A stretch of DNA of 28,647 nucleotides from a virus. Its lineage: Duplodnaviria; Caudoviricetes. Below the pieces are notes generated by a model. That model was given only the letters and a program-made list of their open reading frames with translations, did no database searches and had not been told where the DNA came from. Positions 7,765-15,847 of this stretch are shown here, one piece after another; within the stretch, counting starts at the first letter, position 1; each line of letters starts with the position of its first letter. The stretch covers positions 1-28,647 of the IMG/VR virus record IMGVR_UViG_3300015050_000677, one strand, 5' to 3'. A program made the translations under genes and the position numbers.

Positions 7765-7931
7765 TGGAAGCCGCACAGATTCAAGAACGAGTGCCCGCCG
7801 AAGTGCGGGATTTTCTGCGCATCTGCGCAAGCAATGATCTGAAGCATGACATCCTGATGCGCGTCTGGCTGCTCGGCTACGACGCGGCCGCGATTGACGC
7901 ACTGAAGGCAAAACTGAAGGAGATGGCATGA
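7764..7931 (+). CDS. Hypothetical protein (55 aa)
   Basis: TGATG and ATGA coupling; MEAAQIQERVPAEVRDFLRIC...KLKEMA. Confidence 0.65.
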   Translation: MEAAQIQERVPAEVRDFLRICASNDLKHDILMRVWLLGYDAAAIDALKAKLKEMA

Positions 7932-8260
7932 AGAGCAGCGAACGAGTCACGGGCTACGGGACGATCATCGACAAGCCGGCCATTGATCTGGCAAGCGTGC
8001 GCCTCACGCGCAGCCCGCCGCCAAAGCCGGAGATCGGCGAGGTCGAGGTCGGCATCCCCGTGCCGAAGAAACCCGGCAGGGAGGCCGGCGAAGTCGCGGC
8101 GGCAGTGTATGCCCTGCAGGCCGGCCAGTCGCGGCTGTTCAAGAACGTGGACGCAAAGCGGCTCTACGGCTACGCGAAAATGGCGAAGCAGAAGGGCCTT
8201 GGCACGGAGTACGCGATCCGCACCGTCGAGGATGGCATTCGCGTGTGGAGGCTGGCATGA
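7928..8260 (+). CDS. Hypothetical basic protein, possibly DNA-binding
   Basis: AAGGAG SD; EVGIPVPKK...LQAGQSRLF...YAIRTVEDGIRVWRLA. Confidence 0.75.
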   Translation: MKSSERVTGYGTIIDKPAIDLASVRLTRSPPPKPEIGEVEVGIPVPKKPGREAGEVAAAVYALQAGQSRLFKNVDAKRLYGYAKMAKQKGLGTEYAIRTVEDGIRVWRLA

Positions 8261-8478
8261 TCGACTACTGCACCCCAGCCGACCGACTCGGCACCAGCAT
8301 CGAATCGAAACGCACCGCGGCCATCGCTTACCTGCGCTCGCGGAACAAGTACCTGATCGACCCCGGCTGCCGGTGGAAGCCGACGAACGCGGCCAACACC
8401 GACGTCAAGCGCACGATCGTGCAGGCCGAGGTCGAGAAGATCACCGTCGAGTGCGTCAAGCGCGCGGCGGCAGCATGA
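8257..8478 (+). CDS. Hypothetical protein (73 aa)
   Basis: GGAGG SD and ATGA overlaps both ends. Confidence 0.7.
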   Translation: MIDYCTPADRLGTSIESKRTAAIAYLRSRNKYLIDPGCRWKPTNAANTDVKRTIVQAEVEKITVECVKRAAAA

Positions 8479-9338
8479 GCATCGCCCCAGGCTTCTACCC
8501 CGACCTGCCGTCCGAGCAGTACCACGCCGACAGCGGCGTCGGCTCGTCCTGCCTCAAGGTGTTCAAGCGCAGCCCCCTGCACTACTGGACGCAGTGCGCC
8601 GACCCGAAGCGCGTGACGCCCGAGCCGACGCCGGCCATGAAGATCGGCACCGCCTGGCATGCGGCCTTGTTCGAGCCGGCCGCATTCGCCGATCGCTACA
8701 CCATCGTGCCGTCCGACACCGACCGACGCACGAAGGCGGGCAAGGAGGCATACGCCGAGCTGGAGGCGACTGGTCGCGAGTTGATCGACGCCGATGCTGC
8801 AGCCGATGTGTTGGCGATGGCCGCGGTGGTCCACGCGCACCCGATGGGAAAGACGCTGCTCGGAACGTCCGCCCCGCATGCCTGCGAGGCCAGCATCTTC
8901 GTCAACGTGGGCGGTCTCGTCTGCAAGATCCGGCCCGACTTCTGCGTCCTGCCGTGCGCGGCCTTTCCGAGCGGCCTGATCGTGGACGGTAAGTCCACCG
9001 ATGACGCCCGCGAGGATGCGTTCGGCCGCAGCGTGTGGCGCTACGAGTACGGATTCCAGGCGGCGTACTACACCGACATCTGGCAGCAGCACTTCAGGAC
9101 CGCCGCCCCGCCGCCTTTCATTTGGCTGGCGCAGGAAAAGGCAGCACCCTACGCGCCCGCCTTCTACTCCGCCAGCCGCGAGGTCCTGGCGCATGGACGC
9201 AGCGAGTACGAACCGCTGCTCGACCGGCTGCAAGTCTGCCGGGCGGCGAATCAATGGCCCGGCTATCACGCCGGCATCACCGAACTGATCCTGCCCGCGT
9301 GGGCGGAGAAACTGATGGGAGAGACCAACAATGTTTGA
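8475..9338 (+). CDS. RecE/exonuclease VIII-like PD-(D/E)XK exonuclease
   Basis: PGFYPDLPSEQYHA, GTAWHAALFEP, DRRTKAGKE, CKIRPD...IVDGKST, YGFQAAYY. Confidence 0.85.
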   Translation: MSIAPGFYPDLPSEQYHADSGVGSSCLKVFKRSPLHYWTQCADPKRVTPEPTPAMKIGTAWHAALFEPAAFADRYTIVPSDTDRRTKAGKEAYAELEATGRELIDADAAADVLAMAAVVHAHPMGKTLLGTSAPHACEASIFVNVGGLVCKIRPDFCVLPCAAFPSGLIVDGKSTDDAREDAFGRSVWRYEYGFQAAYYTDIWQQHFRTAAPPPFIWLAQEKAAPYAPAFYSASREVLAHGRSEYEPLLDRLQVCRAANQWPGYHAGITELILPAWAEKLMGETNNV

Positions 9339-10278
9339 AGTCACCGAAGCGAAACGCACAGGCGCGCGCCTGCTCATTCAACTGTCCGGAGTCAGCGGAT
9401 CGGGCAAGACCTACACCGCGCTGCAGCTCGCCTACGGCTTGGCGGGCGGGGACGCCTCGAAGGTGGTTGGCATCGACACCGAGAACCGGCGCATGTCGCT
9501 GAACGCCGACATCCTGCCGGGTGGCGCGCGGTTCCGCGTCATCGACCTGTACGCGCCCTTCTCGCCGTCGCGCTACTCGCAGGCGATCGACGCGGCCTGC
9601 GCCGCCGGGGCCGATGTGATCGTCATCGACTCGACCAGCCACGAGTGGGAGTCCGAAGGCGGCTGCGAGTGGATCGCCGAGACCAAGGGCAGCGAGCGCA
9701 TGGCCAACTGGAAGCTCGCGAAGAAAGAACACAAGCGGTTCATGACGCACATGCTCCAGGCTCCGGCACACATCATCGCCTGCACTCGGGCGCGGGAGAA
9801 GACCAGCTTCATCGACCCGAAGTCGCCCAAGTCGCTCGGCATCCAGCCGATCCAAGAGAAGAACTTCAGCTACGAGGCGACCGTCTCGCTGCTAATGCAC
9901 GACCAAGGCCGGCGGCAGGATGTCCTGAAGTGCCCGGCTGACCTGCAGGCCATCCTCGGCCGCGGCGAGGGCTACATCGGGTCCAAGGAGGGCGCAGCAC
10001 TTCGGGCATGGGTGGACGGTGCTGCACAGGTCAATCCGGCCGTAGAGCGCGCGCGTGGCCTGCTGCTGAACGTCTGCGAGCAGGGCGTCGATGCCCTGCG
10101 CGCGGCATGGACCGCTACGCCGGCCGAGGTGAAGAAAGCGCTGGGCACGGCGTTCCTTGAGTCTGCCAAGGCCAGCGCGGCCGAGTACGACCAGCAGCGG
10201 GAGGTGCCGCGCAGCGACGAAAGCCCCGGCATTGCAGCACTGAACGCAATGGCCAATCTGCAGGCCAATATGGCCTGA
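9331..10278 (+). CDS. P-loop ATPase, Sak4-like recombination protein
   Basis: Walker A GVSGSGKT, IDTEN, Walker B VIVIDSTSHEW; lies between exonuclease and ssb. Confidence 0.8.
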   Translation: MFEVTEAKRTGARLLIQLSGVSGSGKTYTALQLAYGLAGGDASKVVGIDTENRRMSLNADILPGGARFRVIDLYAPFSPSRYSQAIDAACAAGADVIVIDSTSHEWESEGGCEWIAETKGSERMANWKLAKKEHKRFMTHMLQAPAHIIACTRAREKTSFIDPKSPKSLGIQPIQEKNFSYEATVSLLMHDQGRRQDVLKCPADLQAILGRGEGYIGSKEGAALRAWVDGAAQVNPAVERARGLLLNVCEQGVDALRAAWTATPAEVKKALGTAFLESAKASAAEYDQQREVPRSDESPGIAALNAMANLQANMA

Positions 10279-10285
10279 CCACATA

Positions 10286-10438
10286 GCGGGGCATGCGTAT
10301 CCTTCCATCGTGCCGGCGGGCACACGATTTATGGGCATCTCTCTGCGACCGCGTTTCCCCCTTCATTCATCAGCGCGGATCACGCGGCCAGCCGGACGCA
10401 TGGGCAAGATACTCCCGGCCAAGAGATGCAACGCCCGC
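10286..10438 (+). ncRNA. Candidate structured RNA / cis-element upstream of ssb
   Basis: Nested complementary stems forming a three-way junction in a 186-bp intergenic gap (see findings). Confidence 0.35.
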
Positions 10439-10464
10439 ACCAGACACCCACAGAGAGGCATCCA

Positions 10465-10980
10465 ATGGCATCCGTGAACAAGGCAATCATCGTCGGCAAC
10501 CTCGGCCGCGATCCCGAGGTCAAGTACCTGTCGGACGGCACGCCGCTGTGCACGCTCAGCGTGGCGACGACCTACGCCTGGAAGGACAAGGCATCCGGCG
10601 AGAAGAAGGAGGAGGTTGAATGGCATAGGGTCAACCTCCGCGCGCGCCTGGCCGAAGTCGCGGGCGAGTACCTGAAAAAGGGATCGGCCGTCTACATCGA
10701 GGGCCGGCTGCGCACGCGTAAGTGGACCGACAAGCAGAGCATCGAGCGGTACACGACCGAGATCATGGCCGACAGCCTACAGATGCTCGGCAGCCGGGCG
10801 GACGCGGATGCGAGGCCGGCAGAGTCGCGCGAGCGGCCGGCGCGGGAGGAAGCGCCGCCTGCGAGGGCGGCTCGACCGGCTGCAGACTCGAAATATGACG
10901 GCAAGGGCGGATTCGACGACTTCGAGTCGGATATCCCATTCGCCAATCCATACCGAGGGAGGATGTGCCTTGTTGTGTAA
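10465..10980 (+). CDS. ssb: Single-stranded DNA-binding protein
   Basis: [18 protein letters not shown]...EWHRV...[19 protein letters not shown]...DDFESDIPF; GAGAGG SD. Confidence 0.95.
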   Translation: MASVNKAIIVGNLGRDPEVKYLSDGTPLCTLSVATTYAWKDKASGEKKEEVEWHRVNLRARLAEVAGEYLKKGSAVYIEGRLRTRKWTDKQSIERYTTEIMADSLQMLGSRADADARPAESRERPAREEAPPARAARPAADSKYDGKGGFDDFESDIPFANPYRGRMCLVV

Positions 10981-11419
10981 GCCGTGCATTTCCTGCGGAA
11001 AGACCCTCTCGCTGGACGAGTTCTATGCTCATCCAAGAATGAAAGATGGGCGTCTCAACAAATGCAAACCGTGCGTACGAGAGGCCGTCAGGAGCAGGCG
11101 CTACGGCCCGTCGCGCGAAGCTGTCTTGCAGTACGACCGAGAGCGGGCGCGCGAGCCGCATCGGATAGAGCATCAGAAAAAGATTACCGCAAGGTGGCAG
11201 CAATCTTTCCCGGAGAGACGCGCCGCGCAGATCGCGCTTGGGAACGCGATCCGAGATGGCCGCGTGGAGAAGTGGCCGACATGCTCGATGCCGGAATGCA
11301 GCAGCCCGCCAGAGGCGCATCACGTTCACTACGGCCTGCCGCTGGATGTCGTCTGGCTTTGCCCAGCACATCACAAGCAGCTGCACGCGCAGGCGTCGAG
11401 GGAGGCTGAAACGGCCTGA
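10970..11419 (+). CDS. HNH-type/Zn-finger endonuclease-like protein
   Basis: [14 protein letters not shown]...NKCKPC N-terminal finger and [23 protein letters not shown]; GGGAGG SD then TTG (10970 or 10973). Confidence 0.75.
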   Translation: MLCKPCISCGKTLSLDEFYAHPRMKDGRLNKCKPCVREAVRSRRYGPSREAVLQYDRERAREPHRIEHQKKITARWQQSFPERRAAQIALGNAIRDGRVEKWPTCSMPECSSPPEAHHVHYGLPLDVVWLCPAHHKQLHAQASREAETA

Positions 11420-11422
11420 CCC

Positions 11423-11445
11423 GCGAAACTATTTTCGCATTTCTT
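11423..11445 (+). terminator. Weak hairpin/possible terminator after HNH gene
   Basis: GCGAAA-CTAT-TTTCGC followed by ATTTCTT. Confidence 0.3.
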
Positions 11446-11486
11446 GACCTAGGTCAAGAACTCTCCGGGCGGTGCGGCGCTACAGT
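11441..11486 (+). promoter_or_regulatory. FNR/CRP-family-like box with class-II-spaced -10
   Basis: Perfect 20-bp palindrome TTCTTGACCTAGGTCAAGAA (core TTGAC-N4-GTCAA) and TACAGT at 11481-11486. Confidence 0.6.
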
Positions 11487-11525
11487 TCAGCCATCAACAA
11501 CGCAGCACTGACCCGGAGAGATGAG

Positions 11526-11774
11526 ATGAACGCAGCCACCCTGTACACCGTCAACAGCAAAGCGCTCGCCACCTACGCCGACAGCATCCAGCGCTCCGCG
11601 AATGACAGCCTGAGCGCTTGGATTCTGCTGGGCCAGTCGGAGCGGTACAGCGCAGAAATGGCGACCGTCCGCGCCATCCGCGCCGCAGCCGCCGAGCGCA
11701 GCGTGTATGTCCGCCGCGAGATCCTTCGCAACGCCGGTTTTGTGGTGAAGTTGCCCCGCGCCGCTTGCGCCTAA
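11526..11774 (+). CDS. Hypothetical protein (82 aa)
   Basis: GGAGAG SD; first gene after the palindrome. Confidence 0.7.
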   Translation: MNAATLYTVNSKALATYADSIQRSANDSLSAWILLGQSERYSAEMATVRAIRAAAAERSVYVRREILRNAGFVVKLPRAACA

Positions 11775-11824
11775 CCCCACCCCGAGCGCGCCACCCGGTG
11801 CGCTCACCGCCATCCGGAGAGACC

Positions 11825-12022
11825 ATGACCTACCAGCAGCGCATCGCCACCATCGCCCCGGACTTCGACCCGGCATCCATCGAAGCATGGATGCGCGCCG
11901 ACCACAGCACGCTCGACGCGCTCACGGACGACCAGTTCCGTGAGGCCGCGCTGGAATCCGCCCAGTGCGTGATCGAGCATCCCGACCTGACCGTCGAGCT
12001 GCGCAGGACGTTCGGCCTGTGA
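11825..12022 (+). CDS. Hypothetical protein (65 aa)
   Basis: GGAGAG SD; MTYQQRIATIAPDFDPASIEAWMRADHSTLDAL. Confidence 0.7.
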   Translation: MTYQQRIATIAPDFDPASIEAWMRADHSTLDALTDDQFREAALESAQCVIEHPDLTVELRRTFGL

Positions 12023-12375
12023 TGGTCTCCGACGAGATCGACCGTTACGGCCGACTCTACCGCGCGGTGATCATCCTGGCGCTGCAAGATGCCGGAGCGC
12101 CACCGACGCGGGAAGAGAAGTCCGCATGCCGGAACCTTCAGACGAAGGTCCGCTCGGCCATCGAGTACCTGTTCGGCTGCGACCGCGAGGTGTTCGATCA
12201 TCACGCGCACCTGATCGGCGCAGACCCGGACCAGATCCGCGAGCGGCTGCTGTCGGGGGAGAACTCGGCGCAGATGAGGGATGCCGCGTTGACGCCGGAG
12301 CGGATGCGCACGTTGCGGATTCGGCATCGGTGGTATCAGAGGGCGATGTTCAACGAGACGAAGGAGGGAGCATGA
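12022..12375 (+). CDS. Hypothetical protein (117 aa)
   Basis: TGATG coupling; RLYRAVIILALQDA...SAIEYLF...LIGADPDQIRERL. Confidence 0.7.
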   Translation: MVSDEIDRYGRLYRAVIILALQDAGAPPTREEKSACRNLQTKVRSAIEYLFGCDREVFDHHAHLIGADPDQIRERLLSGENSAQMRDAALTPERMRTLRIRHRWYQRAMFNETKEGA

Positions 12376-12566
12376 TCACCACGACACTGGAATGGCACCG
12401 CACCGCCGACAAGCTGCCCGACGACAGCATCTTGGTCATCGCGGCCGACAGCGACGGCGACACGTTCGCCGCTTTCTTCGAGGACGCCACCTGGCGCTAC
12501 GCCGACGCGCTTCCGGTGCCCGTGCCGGTGTTCTGGGCGCACTTCCCGGCTGGCCCGGAGGCATGA
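12372..12566 (+). CDS. DUF551-like small protein
   Basis: LEWHRTADKLPDD...VFWAHFPAGP pattern; AAGGAGG SD. Confidence 0.65.
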   Translation: MITTTLEWHRTADKLPDDSILVIAADSDGDTFAAFFEDATWRYADALPVPVPVFWAHFPAGPEA

Positions 12567-14176
12567 TGCGCTACCTGTCCGTCTGCTCCGGCATCGAGGC
12601 CGCGACTGTTGCATGGCATTCGCTCGGCTGGACGCCGGCCGGGTTTGCCGAGATCGAACCGTTTCCGCGCGCAGTCCTGGCGCATCACTATCCAGAGGTG
12701 CCGCTTCATGGCGACTTCACGCAAATCGCAGACGCAGACTGTGCAGATGTCGATCTTCTCGTCGGAGGAACGCCCTGCCAGTCCTTCAGCGTTGCAGGAC
12801 TGCGAGGCGGCTTGGCAGACCAGCGCGGTAACCTCGCGCTCGAGTATCTTAGGCTGGCTGAACGAACACGCGCCCGTTGGCTGGTCTGGGAAAACGTGCC
12901 CGGAGTCCTGTCATCGAACGGAGGACGGGATTTTGGTGCCATTCTCGGGGGCATGGTCGAGCTCGGGTACGGGTTCGCCTACCGAGTGCTTGACGCTCAG
13001 TATTTCGGAGTTCCCCAGCGCCGCCGCCGTGTGTTCGTTGTCGGATATCTTGGAGACTGGCGTCCTGCCGCAGCGGTTCTTTTTGAGCGCGAAAGCCTGC
13101 GAGGGAATCCTGCGCCGCGCCGAGAAACGCGGCAAGTCGCTCCCACCATCCCTGCACGCAGCACTGGCGGCGGTGGCCTCGGGACAGACTTCGACTGCGA
13201 TGGGGGAGTGATCGCAGCCGCCGACCCAGCCTATTGTCTGGAAACGACCTGCCACGATTATAGTCGAGCCGATGGCTTCAATATGGTCGCCCACTCCCTG
13301 CGCGGCGAAGGCTTCGACGCCAGCGAGGACGGCACGGGGCGGGGGACGCCGCCGGTGCCGGTGGCGTTCAGCATCATGCCGATGAACAGCGGCAAGGACT
13401 ACAAGGCGCGCGAGACAGATGTCGCGCAGCCGTTGATGGCCGGCGGACCGGTCGGCGGCAATCAGGGCGGCGACTTCATAGCGCAGCCGGTGGCATACGC
13501 GCTGCGAGCTGACGCGGCGCGCTCCGGCGAGGCGAAGAACCCGAGCGTCGATGCGAATGGCGTGAGTCGCCTGCGCGATGCCGGCTTCAACGTCGAGGTG
13601 GAGCGAGCGCCGACGCTGGACTGCGGCACGCCCCACACGGTGGCCTTCGCCCAGAACCAGCGCGACGAAGTGCGGACGATGGAGGTTGCCGGCGCGCTGG
13701 CCGCCGAGCCGGGGGCGAAGCAGCAGACGTACATCGCCTTCGACACCACTCAGATCACCAGCGCAGCGAACTACAGCAACCCGAAGCCGGGTGATCCTTG
13801 CCATCCGCTCGCTGCCGGGGCGCATCCGCCTGCGGTGGCGTTCCAGCCGCGCATCGCCCGCAACGGCAGGGGCGACATGGGCGACGTTGTCAACGCGCTC
13901 CAGGCGCAGTCAGGCTCGACCGGAAAGGGCGATGCCGCGCCGTGCGTTGCGACGAGTATGCAAGTCCGCCGCCTCACCCCGGTGGAATGCGAGCGGTTGC
14001 AAGGATTTCCGGACAACTACACGGCGATCCCGTGGCGCGGCAAGCCTGCCGATCAGTGCCCAGATGGGCCGCGCTACAAGGCGTTGGGCAACTCGATGGC
14101 GGTGCCGTGCATGGCTTGGATCGGGCAGCGGATCGCAATGGTCGAACAGCTCAAGGAGGAGATCAGCAATGGATGA
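12563..14176 (+). CDS. dcm: C5 cytosine DNA methyltransferase with long variable region
   Basis: Motif I SVCSGIEA, IV GGTPCQSFS, VI WENVPG, VIII PQRRRRVF, IX RRLTPVECERLQGFPD, X YKALGNSMAV. Confidence 0.93.
   Translation: MMRYLSVCSGIEAATVAWHSLGWTPAGFAEIEPFPRAVLAHHYPEVPLHGDFTQIADADCADVDLLVGGTPCQSFSVAGLRGGLADQRGNLALEYLRLAERTRARWLVWENVPGVLSSNGGRDFGAILGGMVELGYGFAYRVLDAQYFGVPQRRRRVFVVGYLGDWRPAAAVLFERESLRGNPAPRRETRQVAPTIPARSTGGGGLGTDFDCDGGVIAAADPAYCLETTCHDYSRADGFNMVAHSLRGEGFDASEDGTGRGTPPVPVAFSIMPMNSGKDYKARETDVAQPLMAGGPVGGNQGGDFIAQPVAYALRADAARSGEAKNPSVDANGVSRLRDAGFNVEVERAPTLDCGTPHTVAFAQNQRDEVRTMEVAGALAAEPGAKQQTYIAFDTTQITSAANYSNPKPGDPCHPLAAGAHPPAVAFQPRIARNGRGDMGDVVNALQAQSGSTGKGDAAPCVATSMQVRRLTPVECERLQGFPDNYTAIPWRGKPADQCPDGPRYKALGNSMAVPCMAWIGQRIAMVEQLKEEISNG
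12708..13211 (+). CDS. Nested +1-frame ORF, putative methyltransferase second polypeptide (167 aa)
   Basis: AGAGGTG SD 7 nt before ATG 12708; contains SLSDILETG..PQRFFLSAKACEGILRRAEKRGKSLP. Confidence 0.6.
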   Translation: MATSRKSQTQTVQMSIFSSEERPASPSALQDCEAAWQTSAVTSRSSILGWLNEHAPVGWSGKTCPESCHRTEDGILVPFSGAWSSSGTGSPTECLTLSISEFPSAAAVCSLSDILETGVLPQRFFLSAKACEGILRRAEKRGKSLPPSLHAALAAVASGQTSTAMGE

Positions 14177-14375
14177 AGCCGACGCCGCCGACCTCACGGC
14201 GGAGCAGCACCTCAAGCGCGCCCTTGCGCGCAGACACGCCACGCTACCCGCCATCGGCCAGTGCTACTCCTGCGCCGAGCCGGTCGAAGGCTCTCTGAGG
14301 TTCTGCGACCGGGACTGCCTGGACGATTACGAGCGCGTTGAGAAGGCGCGCAGGATGAATGGGAGGATGGAATGA
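14169..14375 (+). CDS. TraR/DksA-like C4 zinc-finger protein
   Basis: N-terminal DEADAA (DxxDxA) and CYSC...FCDRDC; AAGGAGG SD. Confidence 0.7.
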   Translation: MDEADAADLTAEQHLKRALARRHATLPAIGQCYSCAEPVEGSLRFCDRDCLDDYERVEKARRMNGRME

Positions 14376-14575
14376 TGATCAAAGTTCCAACGCATGAAGA
14401 AATCCAACAGCACCTGCGCGACCACCTGCGCGACCACTTCGCGGGGCTGGCGATGCAGGGGCTGTTGGCAAACCCGAAGCTGCAAGACGAAATCCTCAAG
14501 CACGGCCAGGGATGGATCGTTGATTCGGCATGGGCTTGGGCCGACGCCATGCTTAAGGCACGGGAGGCCGAATGA
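14372..14575 (+). CDS. Conserved phage hypothetical protein
   Basis: LRDHFAGLAMQGLLA...AWAWADAMLKARE motif; includes a 12-bp tandem duplication at 14411-14434. Confidence 0.75.
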   Translation: MMIKVPTHEEIQQHLRDHLRDHFAGLAMQGLLANPKLQDEILKHGQGWIVDSAWAWADAMLKAREAE

Positions 14576-14817
14576 TCACCATCAGCGAAGTGATTGAGGA
14601 AGTGGCGGAAGAATGCGAGGTTATGGGCCGCGCGTGGGCCATCCGCACTCTCAAGGCGAAGTACGAAGGCTGCATTGTGGCGGAGTTGCCTGCCGCGCAT
14701 GGTCGCAGCGTCGGCGTCCCCCTGTACCGCGCCAAGGAGAAAGCATCGCAAGACTTGCTTGGCAACCTGTGCCCGGTGCCGCAGTTCCCGAGTGTGAAAC
14801 CCAAGGAGGCAAAGTGA
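14572..14817 (+). CDS. Hypothetical protein, paralog of 16462..16698
   Basis: ATGA coupling; shared N-terminus. Confidence 0.7.
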   Translation: MITISEVIEEVAEECEVMGRAWAIRTLKAKYEGCIVAELPAAHGRSVGVPLYRAKEKASQDLLGNLCPVPQFPSVKPKEAK

Positions 14818-15074
14818 GCATTTCCGAGATTGAACACCACGCATGGCAGGCCCACAGCGCCGCTTCTTACGCCGCAGCGGACACGGAGAATCAGCGGCAA
14901 CGCCCCTGCGTACTTTTTCGCCCGCTCCTCTCAATCGACGGCAACCAGTGGTGCGCGCTGTACGGTGACAACTTGCAAGACGGGGTGGCTGGCTTTGGGG
15001 ATTCGCCCGCCGACGCTATGCGTGACTTCGATGCCAATTGGTGCAAGCCGCTCGCCAAGGAGCCAACGAAATGA
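14814..15074 (+). CDS. Hypothetical protein, possible HicB-like fold
   Basis: GTGA coupling; DGNQWCALYGDNLQDGVAGFGDSPADAMRDF. Confidence 0.65.
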   Translation: MSISEIEHHAWQAHSAASYAAADTENQRQRPCVLFRPLLSIDGNQWCALYGDNLQDGVAGFGDSPADAMRDFDANWCKPLAKEPTK

Positions 15075-15391
15075 CCCTCCGAGCCTGGATCATCACGATG
15101 CGCGGTCGCATCCGCGAGGCGCTGTGTCCGGAGTTGCAGGTGCTGCGGGACAACCACGCAACACTGCTGGATAACGCCAGCATTGAGGTTAGGCGGCTGC
15201 GTGCTGAGGCGCTGAAGCTGGAAGCCGAGCGCGACGAAGCACGGGCGAAGTACTACGACCTTGTTATGTCCGTTGGCAACAAGTATCCCGGCGAGTCGCG
15301 GCATGAAACCGCGAAACGATACATACATCAAGCGGAACGCATGATCAGAAATCAGGCTAGCGCCGCCCTGAAGGAGCGAAACGATGAGTGA
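15071..15391 (+). CDS. Hypothetical coiled-coil protein
   Basis: AAGGAG SD, ATGA overlap. Confidence 0.7.
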   Translation: MTLRAWIITMRGRIREALCPELQVLRDNHATLLDNASIEVRRLRAEALKLEAERDEARAKYYDLVMSVGNKYPGESRHETAKRYIHQAERMIRNQASAALKERNDE

Positions 15392-15641
15392 GCCGATCAA
15401 GCTGCCGCCCCTTCCGGCTGGCCGCTGGGTTACCGACGCGGGCTGGGTAAGACGCGCGTTTTTTGGTAACGAGGTCGAAACCTACGCCGGCCTCGCAGTC
15501 GAGCAGAACACCGCCGCGCTGCATGCCGAGCGCGATGCGCTGCGGGCGGCGTTGGAAAAGGCCGAGGCGCATTTCCGGGACGTAGGGTTTATGTCGTGCG
15601 CTGACGCGGCCCGCGCCGCGCTGAAGGAGACGCAACGATGA
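15384..15641 (+). CDS. Hypothetical protein
   Basis: AAGGAG SD; IKLPPLP start, AERDALRAAL...AALKE end. Confidence 0.7.
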   Translation: MSEPIKLPPLPAGRWVTDAGWVRRAFFGNEVETYAGLAVEQNTAALHAERDALRAALEKAEAHFRDVGFMSCADAARAALKETQR

Positions 15642-15847
15642 CTGAACGACCAGAAGCGTTATACCTCGCCGACATGCTGGAGTCAGATCCGTGCGAAGAA
15701 GAATGTTTTCAAGCCGCCGCTCTCCTTGACCGCCAGCACGCCGAGATCGAGCGGCTGCGGGCGGCTTTGCGGTGGATCGCCACGGTTAACGCGATGGACT
15801 ACGAGTATCAGGTCTACGCTCGCGCCGCACTGAAGGAGGCAAAGTAA
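15638..15847 (+). CDS. Hypothetical protein
   Basis: AAGGAG SD; RPEALYLAD...HAEIERLRAAL...AALKE. Confidence 0.7.
   Translation: MTERPEALYLADMLESDPCEEECFQAAALLDRQHAEIERLRAALRWIATVNAMDYEYQVYARAALKEAK

Noticed and set aside
7983-8474. N-terminal extension of the exonuclease ORF (451 aa)
   Set aside because: Region is occupied by two coupled genes in other frames; the recognisable protein starts at ATG 8475
12392-12562. Longer start for the methyltransferase
   Set aside because: Motif I begins right after ATG 12563/12566, which has a GGAGG SD and ATGA overlap
13578-14168. Second nested ORF in the 3' half of the methyltransferase
   Set aside because: Arg/Ser/Pro-rich with no motif; only its last 68 codons (TraR-like gene with SD) look real
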